A DNA stretch of 64,000 nt from Nemertoderma westbladi (lineage: Eukaryota > Animalia > Xenacoelomorpha): the NCBI GenBank assembly GCA_032718475.1, contig JAUCBJ010001804.1, forward strand, positions 1 to 64,000, read 5' to 3'. The position numbers and the translations under genes were made by a program. The notes under the pieces were generated by a model, which worked only from the letters and a program-made list of their open reading frames with translations, was not told where the DNA came from and did no database searches. Positions within the stretch are counted from its first letter, which is position 1. Every line of letters starts with the position of its first letter. This document shows, one piece after another, positions 27,168 to 35,592 of the stretch.

Positions 27168-29063
27168 TATAGAATTATATTCCCTAAATGCCGTGGATTT
27201 TCAAAATTTTATTTTATTCGAATTAACTTTGTAAAGGATTGCTTTGAGTTCTCATTCGTATTTGTTCTATCATTTGTACGCCTATTGGTCAAGTGGTTCA
27301 GTAGCTCAGTCGGTAGAGCGTTGGAAATTATATGTGTAGTAGGTATTGAGTTCGAATCCTAGTAAGTGCGAATTATTTTTTGTGCAGAACTTCAACTCAT
27401 TTAAATTGACCGCTACAAATTAATTGCATTTGTCTGTACCAATGAGACTGTAGTTATTTGATTGTAACCAATGTCGTGCAAGTTATATATTAGCTGGACC
27501 AATAGCTATCTTTAAAACCCTGTTAGAACCTATAGAACAATCGAGAATTTTCTCGATTGATTGCAGCACAAATTTGCTATATAAAGGTGCGATTTCGTTC
27601 ATTAGTTATCTCTCTCTCTCAATTACTCTAACCATATTCGTATCTCTGAGTTATCTAATATTTGTTTATTCTGTCATTAGTTTTCAGATTACATTTTATA
27701 TTATTATCTGCAATAAATTCAGAAATACCGCTATCTGCTTTTCTTTACCATGATTCACTACGGTGAACAAACCTAAGGGACAGGATGGCCGGCTAGAGAT
27801 CGGGCCGCAGCAATGAACGGGAACATCACGGGAATGTAGACAAGAGACAACCCGCAATACCATCTCAGTTATTCGCCCATCGCCTGAAAGGTTAGACAGC
27901 GTTCGACGCCTTGCTACCTAAGTGTAAGACCAAAAGATCAAAAGGTAGAAGTAGTGACACGCTGTGAGCCTAAAATTACATCTTAGGGACTGTACTGTCT
28001 TGATTCAGGAAAACCCACAGTAGACCTTCATATTCCTACGGGGGGAGAGCGCAGGCAGATACTAGTACGCAGATAGGACGTAGGCACACCGGTACGAAGC
28101 ATACAAATTGGTAGGGTGCAGCAAACTGTACGCCTAACTCTTGCTAAGTACAGGTGCGTTTGCGACTATTTGCAGTACAACGGTGTCCATTGCATTAGAA
28201 CTTGTAGGCTAGGGGGGTTGCTGTGTTTTCACCTGAATTGGGATTGTACCGTTCAGGCGGTAGGGCAGTTTACAACTAGGCGCAAATAAATTGAGGCTAT
28301 TAGGGATACTAACATCTACCGTGTCCCCGCCAACGCCCTAATAGGAAGTCACCCAGCCTACCTAGGTGACTAAAATTCTAGATAGGACGCCAGGATAGCT
28401 ATTAGTAACTGTATGCCTACAGTAGTAAACTAACACATCTTTTCTTAGTATCAGGGACCTGGTACCTAAAATTGCCGAATTCTGGGCGTAGCATTAACCT
28501 TATGCCTGAATTTGAGTCCTGGAAATACGCAAGAGGGGAAGGAACCTTATCATTCGTGAGTATTGGACCTACAAGTTGCAAAATTAGAATATTCGTAAAA
28601 TGCACACCGTACCCAGTAATTATATATGTGAAGGAGCAAAACTGCTTTTGACCGTTCAGAATTAATGCACGCGCGTTAGAAATTATTTACACCTCAAAAT
28701 ATATAAAATTAACTTTCGTCCTTACTGTGTTTTGCCCGCTAGTTAGACATCTCCAAATCTCTGCCTCTGTATCTAGCTAGCGTCTCTTTGCCCAACCATA
28801 TAAATCACACCGCGGCAAAGTATACGAGCCCCTTAGTCCGTCAGTGAGTCAGCCTGATTTTAGGATTCGCTGCGCGGGATTTTGTTTTATCGAAGTTTGT
28901 CTGCTCGTAGACTGTTTTCTGCCTCACCGGTTATAAGAGATCGATACTGCAATATATTCGCTTACTTAGAGTTTACTGTTTTGGTGAGAAGGTCGGATTT
29001 ATGATTTGATTCACAAACTTTACAGTAGGATATTGCAGGTATTGTTACCGTCTCTTCCATATA
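27168..29063 (+). repeat. 5' LTR of element B (1896 bp)
   Basis: Matches 42195-43799 plus 47813-48103. TATA-like ctatataaagg at about 27577, AATAAA at 27712 and 28285. Confidence 0.92.
27295..27368 (+). promoter_or_regulatory. tRNA-derived sequence with Pol III A and B boxes inside the LTR (second copy at 42322-42395)
   Basis: A box TAGCTCAGTCGG (27302-27313) with an intact D stem GCTC/GAGC, and B box GAGTTCGAATCC (27348-27359). Acceptor and anticodon stems do not pair, so it is not a functional tRNA. Confidence 0.7.
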
Positions 29064-29074
29064 GTAGGAATATG
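29064..29074 (+). promoter_or_regulatory. Non-tRNA primer-binding-site-like sequence of element B (GTAGGAATATG)
   Basis: Abuts the LTR end defined by the TSD and is a perfect reverse complement of CATATTCCTAC at 28029-28039. Confidence 0.7.
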
Positions 29075-29871
29075 TTTTACTGAACTACGGTTCGGTAGGA
29101 CTAAAGTTATTTGAAAATTTTGTATTTTGAGGTAAAAATTTGTATTTGATTAGCTAAGTGCTAATTTTTTGAAATAAAATTTGATTTGAACCGCGTGTAA
29201 ATATTTTGGAATTGAATACCGGTGTTTAAAAGGGTTTAAATACCATATTGTACCGGTACAAAATTTTCGTAAAGTAAAACCTAACTCTTTTGTTTTTCAG
29301 GATTCAGAACTCATTTCTAGACTGTAATGGGAGCAAGACCGTGTTTAGCAAGTTTGGGAGATAGATAACTCAACAACTTTGTTTGGGAAAATCGCGTTTC
29401 GTCCGCAACGTTAAAAACGGAAAGGTTCACGTCCGGTTTGTATCTGGGAATCTGTTTTTCTGGAGAATTATTGGAGTGGGTGAGTTCGAAAAGTTGCATA
29501 AATAAGTTAGGCATTACCGTATTAGTTAAAATTTATTGTGGGTTCCACTGTCTCAAGTATTTATGCATTCCGTATGATTTCTTTGTTCATTGCTGAATTA
29601 GTCCGTATTATTGTATTTAATTTACCTTTTTTGATAACGCATATTGTTATCCGATTTATTTGTTATAAAATTGGCCGCTAGGCTAATTTTATTATATACT
29701 TATTCCGTGACATTTATTTGCTGTAAAATTGGCCGTTTAGGCTAATTTTATCCATCTGCTATAAAATCGGCCGGTAGGCTAATTTTATATGACTGTAATT
29801 AGTACCGTTTAGATAAAATACGGTAAGTTTGATACTTTGACACTCACTTTACTTGACTTACAACTACCGAA

Positions 29872-32800
29872 ATGAGTGACAAACAAGACTATACGAAAAA
29901 TACACAAACCGACTATGACTCATGCGACGGAGATAAGTCAGCAGCGGAAGAACAACAGGGGAAGACTCGCGAGCCTACCGAACCTACACCGTGTGCGTCA
30001 CCAGTACATCCAACGGGAGTACCGGATGCCGTAGTACGAGGCGACGGCAGGACCGAGGACTTTCTAACTGTTCCGCAACCTAGATACAGGGAAACGGACA
30101 TGGTAAGTTCAGCAGGAAGCCAGGAGAGTGTGGTTAGAAGCGTCGGTGGATACATGGCGCATATTACCAGGAGTATTGGAGAAGGTCATCGCATATTAGA
30201 CGAGTTGACCGCTCCGATGTCTCGATTCGAGTTCTACACCCTCCAGGTTAGAGTGCAAACTAGAGTACACAAGTCCGTAGATAACCTAATTGGTCTACAG
30301 GATCTAGCTAGACAGAGACAGGACATGGATACTCAACTTAGAATCCTCGAGAAACTAATGATCGCTAGAGAGAAACTGATTCAGTTTAAGTCGACGATTA
30401 GGCAGATACAACAGGAACAAGCGGACCAGTTGTTAGGTGAGTCAGTTTCGGACGAATTATTACAGCCCGAGGAAGAACAGGAACTGTACCGACTGGATGG
30501 ACAATTGAAACATCTGACGGACCACTTACGTATGTGCGGCCAAGACGTCGGCGATTCGGAAACCGTGCCGGAATATACGAGGGAAACTTCACCCGTACGA
30601 ATCGAATCGGCACCGGGAATACTGGACCAATCGTTAGTGAGTATTCGCAGCGAAATTGGCGAGATAAGTATAGTGACGTCAGAAATTTCCAGACAGCAAC
30701 AACAGCATGACAGACAACAAAGGGAAGCTGAGGAACAAGCTCAACTGTTGACGGCACAAGCAGCCGTACAAGAAGAAAAACTACGCGTTGCGGATGTTGC
30801 AAGAATCTCTCATCTGCAAGAACAAGCCGAGTTGGAAGCGGCTGAGATGGAAAGGTTGGAGCTAGAAATAGCACAGCGAACAGCGGCAGCTGAGTTAGCG
30901 CAACGAGCAGCAGCAGCGGAACTAGAGCGACGAGCAGCAGCAGCGGAACTAGAGCGACGAGCAGCAGCAGCGGAACTAGAGCGACGAGCAGCAGCAGCGG
31001 AACTAGAGCGACGAGCAGCAGCAGCGGAACTAGAGCGACGAGCAGCGGAGTTGGAAGAACACAAGCGAGTTTCGGAAGCAAGAGCTGAAATGAAAAAACG
31101 GCAAATAAAGGCTCAATCAGCGATAAGACAAGCGGAGCTCGAGGCGCAACAACGACAGACGGAACAACGCGAGAAGGAAGTTAAACTTCATTTCGAACTC
31201 GGGAAGAAGGCGAGAGAATTAGCCAACGCGAAGGAAGATCTGGATCTACAAGCCCGCGATCGATCGATGAGATCTCGAGACGGACACGATCTAGACCAGT
31301 TAGAGGTAAGGCACCGCCAAATCCAGGAACGAATGAAGGAAGGTTCGGTAGGGGCACCTGGACGAGAAAGACAATTAGTTAAAGACTTATGTCAAAGATT
31401 CCCTCAGGTAACTCCTATGTTTGCACCGGTTACGACTAAGGAACCTGTTTCGATTGCTGGTAGTAGTAATATTTCTCCTATCCATGGTGCGACGGAACAC
31501 AGGTTTGTTATTCCGGACAAGTTTACACCGCCAAGAGCAACATCATCGCCTATTCCAAAAGTCAAGGTAAGTAACCCGCCGATTACAGATCGTAGTAGTT
31601 TATTAGTCGGACCTGCACTACTGACGACTAAACAGGTGAGTCCACCTTTGACGCCAAAACCTGTTACACACTACGCTTACCCAATGACGTTTAGGCCAAC
31701 AAGGCCTTTGGATTCAAACGCTGTCGTCCGACCACCGGTCCAGTTTGCATCGCAATCTACGACTTCGAGGAAGACTTGTGAGCCTACCGAACAACGGAGA
31801 CCAGTGGATACGCGACCGTTCAACCAGTTTACATCGCAATCTACGACTTCGAGGAAGACTTGCGAGCCTACCGAACAACGGAGACCAGTGGATGATGTTC
31901 CAAAACGAAACGTTAGAATTCGTACGACGCAACGGACGCGAGCACGTCGACCACCATATCCAGATGATAGTAGTACTTCGAGCGAATCGGATTACCCGAA
32001 ACGCGAGGTATTTAGAACAGGGGCGGCCGATGAATATAAACGCGAGCGTTCAGACAACTCCTTTGTAGACAATCCTCCACAGAATACACCAACACAGAAG
32101 GCGTTACAACCAACGGACGCAATCAGTACACAACAGTTCGCCGACATCCTGCGACCAGTTGTTAACAAGTTGGCTCAGATCGAGGAGCGTCTGGAGGAAG
32201 TTCACACTGACAGTTCGAGAAATTCCGAATTCGAACACAATAGACATCCGAAGGAACCACAAAGACCGGTACCTTCAAAACACACCTCGTATCAGGGAAA
32301 AGCGCCCAGAAGGGAGAACATCAACCAGTGTACCAACCAAGGACGCGAAACTCTGAACGTTGCCGAGGAGATAGCGAAATTCGCAGCCAGACAAGGATTG
32401 CCGGTACAACAACCACCGAAGTTTTCCGGTAGCTCAAAACACTGGCACACTTTCGTAGACTATATCGAATCCCAGATCGCCGTGTGCGCCTTTACATCAC
32501 GGGAGAAGTTCAATTACCTGCTCCAAACGTTGTCAGGAGAACCTAAACGTTTAGCGGAGACCTTCGTTGGTGTACCGGACGCCTTCGAACTAGCGTACGA
32601 TCGTTTAACTTCGATATACGGAGGTACAGTCAGTATGGCCAGGTCAGTAATAGAGGAACTCTGTAAGGGAGGGGCTATTACTAAACCCGTCGACTTATTA
32701 AAGTTGGCCGACGAGATAAAGAACGCTATCACTACTTTAAGATCCATTGGACAACTTGACTACGGGAATACCCCTACAGTCCTATTAAAGATCATAGGAC

Positions 32801-35592
32801 GACTCCACCATCGACTTCGTCGGGAGTGGAGAAAGATCGAATACCAGCGAGAAGAGCGGGGTGGATTCTTAAAATTAGAAGATGTGTACCTTTTGATATC
32901 CAGGGAGGCAGTAGTAGAAACTCGATCTAACTACACTGACCAGCACATCGTGGCAGAAGGGATCACCTTGCCATCCTCCAACCGACAAAAACCCCAGACA
33001 ACATCCACCAAGACGGCCACTTACGCCACATCGACGGAAACCCGACAATTCTCGGACGGAAGTAGGGTATCCGCGCCCATTGGGATAAAACAGACTAGAC
33101 AACAACTCAGTACCGACTTCAGCGGCTGCCAATACTGCGAGCATCTAGGCAAGCGGTATATCGGTCACAAGTTGAGGGGTTGTCGACAGTTTCGCGAGTT
33201 GAACTCGGAAGAACGACGGCTGCAGATACGGCCACTGGACTCTTGTTGGCGGTGTACGCGACACGGACACGTTCGCAAGGATTGCCCAAATACTGACACT
33301 TGTCCATCCTGTGGACGCAACCACGACGGTCTGCTCCACACAGACAGCCACACGCCGACAAAACGCTTCGCCAGGGAACACCCGGAAGCAGCAGCGAGAT
33401 GTGATGCGGCCTACAGAAATCGAGAATCGAAAACGACTCCAACCTTCGTGACCCATATTGAGGATTGCTTCTCAGAACAACCCGGATCGTCGGACGAAGA
33501 GTCAGAAGACGACGACGTATATTCGGATGGAGATGAACAGCCATCGATCGCGCTTCTGACTACTGACCAACTGAAGGGATTCAGTGTAATTCCGATTAAG
33601 ATTACTGGCACAAAGGGGAGTAAGAGAATCTACGCTATTCTAGATTCAGCCTCATCTCACAGCTACGTGGACGAAAAGATAGCTGACGTCGTGACGGATC
33701 TCAGACAAGGTAAGCGCGTCAGTTATACCGTAAGTAGTATGCACGGACAGCGTGCAATACCAGTGACACGAGTTAAGTTGGACTTAGACTCTCTTCTTCC
33801 AAAATCGCAACACAGCGAGAGGGAGAGGTCTTTGTTACCCTTCAAGGATCTGACTTTTGCGGCCACAAAAGACTTTAGTAACCTACTAGGTCCGGTCCCA
33901 GAACAATCCTTGGAGGACCGTAAGTATTTCAGACACCTTGGTGTACCTGAATGTCCTGTCAATTATAGATCGGTAGCAATGCTGATCGGGACGGATCAAT
34001 TCAACCTACATCAGGTGTGGGAAACCAGACCATCGGCAGTCGTAGCGGGAAACGCATACGCCTGTAGAACGCCGATAGGGTGGTATACTCGAGCGCCTGT
34101 GCGCACACTGGACATAAGTGACGAGGAAGACGATGTACAAAGTACATGTAGTTTATTAACTACAAATTCAATTCATTCCTTTTCACACGACGTGGACCAT
34201 ACTACACTACAGTCGACAAAACATAACAGACGTGTAACTAGTATGATAAGTCACAAGGAGCAGCTAACCCACCAGGTGAGTTTAGAACTTGGGGAGAAGA
34301 CGAGTCAGCTAGAGATTCCATCGACGACAGATGATAGGCTTGCGAGTCTACCTACCCCAACAACCTCAACAATACCCGTCGATATCGATGATGACGCGTT
34401 GAGAAATCATCAAATGGAACAAGCCGCATTGGACAAAGAATTAACGGAGAAGACTATCAGGTGGTTAGAACTAGATACAGCTGAACCTGGTAGCTACGAA
34501 CCTTGTATGTCGGAACAGGAGAAACAATCTCTGAAGATCATGGAAGATACTATCCGCCAGACGAAAGACGGACATTATGAGGTGGGGATGTTATGGCGTA
34601 GCCAAAGTCCTAAACTTATAAATAACTACCCACTAGCCTTAAGACGTCTACACTCAATACGGCAACGTCTATTAAAGGACGAGAAAGCCCATCTACAGTA
34701 TAACACTCAGATGGAGACGTATTTGACTAAGGGATACGCTATCCGAATGACTAACCCAAAGATAGTGACTAACCAGACATACTACCTGCCACATCACTAT
34801 GTGAGACACCCCGACAAACCAGATAAAGTACGCGTAGTCAATGACTGTGCGGCTCTGTTTGAGGGAATGTCCCTCAATAGTGAGTTGATGGATGGACCAA
34901 ACATGAATAATTATCTTATGGGGGTGATTATGCGCTTCCGTCAGCGTCAAGTAGCTTTTACTTGCGACGTTGAAGCGATGTTTCACCAAGTGAAAGCGTT
35001 AGAGCAAGACAGAGACAGTTTGAGGTTCCTCTGGTATCCGGAAGGAGACTTAAGTCTACCACCGGCGACTTACCAAATGCAAGTACGCGTTTTCGGTGCC
35101 AGAGACAGCCCAAATTGTACCATGTATGCCCTAAAACAAGCCGCTAGGGATCAGAAACATCTATATGACCCAGAGATAATTAAAATCGTAGAACGTGACT
35201 TTTACGTAGACGACGGTTTACAGAGTTGCGACACAGTAGAACGTGCTACAACAGTAGCACATCAATTACGGGACTGCTTAGCGGGCGGAGGTTTTAACCT
35301 CACCAAATTCGCCTCAAACAGTGCCGAATTAGTAGACTCATTCGGAACGACTGAGCGTGGAGGTGGTGACATAGACCTTGAGCCGATTGTTCGATCCATT
35401 AGGATTCATCAGTCCAATAATACTGCAAGCCCGCATTTATATGCGCAGTATTTGGAAAGATGGACTGACATGGGACGAGCCGATCTCATCAGACCAAGTG
35501 GACTTATGGAAGACCTGGGAGGCAGAATTATCTTCGCTAGAGGATTATTCCATACCCAGAGTCTACTTTCCATTACAAACTACATTTCCTGA
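29872..35592 (+). CDS. BEL/Pao Gag-protease-RT polyprotein part (goes out of the pol frame at about 35378)
   Basis: Coiled-coil Gag with (AAAAELERR)n, PPKFSG...W..F...EKFNYL capsid-like region, three Cys/His knuckles (CQYC..H..C, CWRCTRHGHVRKDC, CPSCGRNHDGLLH), protease AILDSAS, RT motifs YYLPHH, KVRVVNDC, DVEAMFHQV and FYVDD. Confidence 0.93.
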   Translation: MSDKQDYTKNTQTDYDSCDGDKSAAEEQQGKTREPTEPTPCASPVHPTGVPDAVVRGDGRTEDFLTVPQPRYRETDMVSSAGSQESVVRSVGGYMAHITRSIGEGHRILDELTAPMSRFEFYTLQVRVQTRVHKSVDNLIGLQDLARQRQDMDTQLRILEKLMIAREKLIQFKSTIRQIQQEQADQLLGESVSDELLQPEEEQELYRLDGQLKHLTDHLRMCGQDVGDSETVPEYTRETSPVRIESAPGILDQSLVSIRSEIGEISIVTSEISRQQQQHDRQQREAEEQAQLLTAQAAVQEEKLRVADVARISHLQEQAELEAAEMERLELEIAQRTAAAELAQRAAAAELERRAAAAELERRAAAAELERRAAAAELERRAAAAELERRAAELEEHKRVSEARAEMKKRQIKAQSAIRQAELEAQQRQTEQREKEVKLHFELGKKARELANAKEDLDLQARDRSMRSRDGHDLDQLEVRHRQIQERMKEGSVGAPGRERQLVKDLCQRFPQVTPMFAPVTTKEPVSIAGSSNISPIHGATEHRFVIPDKFTPPRATSSPIPKVKVSNPPITDRSSLLVGPALLTTKQVSPPLTPKPVTHYAYPMTFRPTRPLDSNAVVRPPVQFASQSTTSRKTCEPTEQRRPVDTRPFNQFTSQSTTSRKTCEPTEQRRPVDDVPKRNVRIRTTQRTRARRPPYPDDSSTSSESDYPKREVFRTGAADEYKRERSDNSFVDNPPQNTPTQKALQPTDAISTQQFADILRPVVNKLAQIEERLEEVHTDSSRNSEFEHNRHPKEPQRPVPSKHTSYQGKAPRRENINQCTNQGRETLNVAEEIAKFAARQGLPVQQPPKFSGSSKHWHTFVDYIESQIAVCAFTSREKFNYLLQTLSGEPKRLAETFVGVPDAFELAYDRLTSIYGGTVSMARSVIEELCKGGAITKPVDLLKLADEIKNAITTLRSIGQLDYGNTPTVLLKIIGRLHHRLRREWRKIEYQREERGGFLKLEDVYLLISREAVVETRSNYTDQHIVAEGITLPSSNRQKPQTTSTKTATYATSTETRQFSDGSRVSAPIGIKQTRQQLSTDFSGCQYCEHLGKRYIGHKLRGCRQFRELNSEERRLQIRPLDSCWRCTRHGHVRKDCPNTDTCPSCGRNHDGLLHTDSHTPTKRFAREHPEAAARCDAAYRNRESKTTPTFVTHIEDCFSEQPGSSDEESEDDDVYSDGDEQPSIALLTTDQLKGFSVIPIKITGTKGSKRIYAILDSASSHSYVDEKIADVVTDLRQGKRVSYTVSSMHGQRAIPVTRVKLDLDSLLPKSQHSERERSLLPFKDLTFAATKDFSNLLGPVPEQSLEDRKYFRHLGVPECPVNYRSVAMLIGTDQFNLHQVWETRPSAVVAGNAYACRTPIGWYTRAPVRTLDISDEEDDVQSTCSLLTTNSIHSFSHDVDHTTLQSTKHNRRVTSMISHKEQLTHQVSLELGEKTSQLEIPSTTDDRLASLPTPTTSTIPVDIDDDALRNHQMEQAALDKELTEKTIRWLELDTAEPGSYEPCMSEQEKQSLKIMEDTIRQTKDGHYEVGMLWRSQSPKLINNYPLALRRLHSIRQRLLKDEKAHLQYNTQMETYLTKGYAIRMTNPKIVTNQTYYLPHHYVRHPDKPDKVRVVNDCAALFEGMSLNSELMDGPNMNNYLMGVIMRFRQRQVAFTCDVEAMFHQVKALEQDRDSLRFLWYPEGDLSLPPATYQMQVRVFGARDSPNCTMYALKQAARDQKHLYDPEIIKIVERDFYVDDGLQSCDTVERATTVAHQLRDCLAGGGFNLTKFASNSAELVDSFGTTERGGGDIDLEPIVRSIRIHQSNNTASPHLYAQYLERWTDMGRADLIRPSGLMEDLGGRIIFARGLFHTQSLLSITNYIS

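Noticed and set aside
27295-27368. Functional tRNA gene
   Set aside because: Only the D arm and T loop are intact. Acceptor and anticodon stems do not pair.
28982-29000. TGGTGAGAAGGTCGGATTT as a tRNA PBS of element B
   Set aside because: It lies inside the LTR (also present in the 3' LTR at about 48022) and does not match a tRNA 3' end I recognise.
30398-31081. Antisense hydrophobic repeat ORF (LLLLVALVP)n
   Set aside because: Reverse-strand reading of the 27-bp Gag repeat.
35378-35592. Programmed ribosomal frameshift within pol
   Set aside because: Conserved RT-connection residues are missing at the junction and no slippery heptamer is seen, so a deletion is the simpler explanation.
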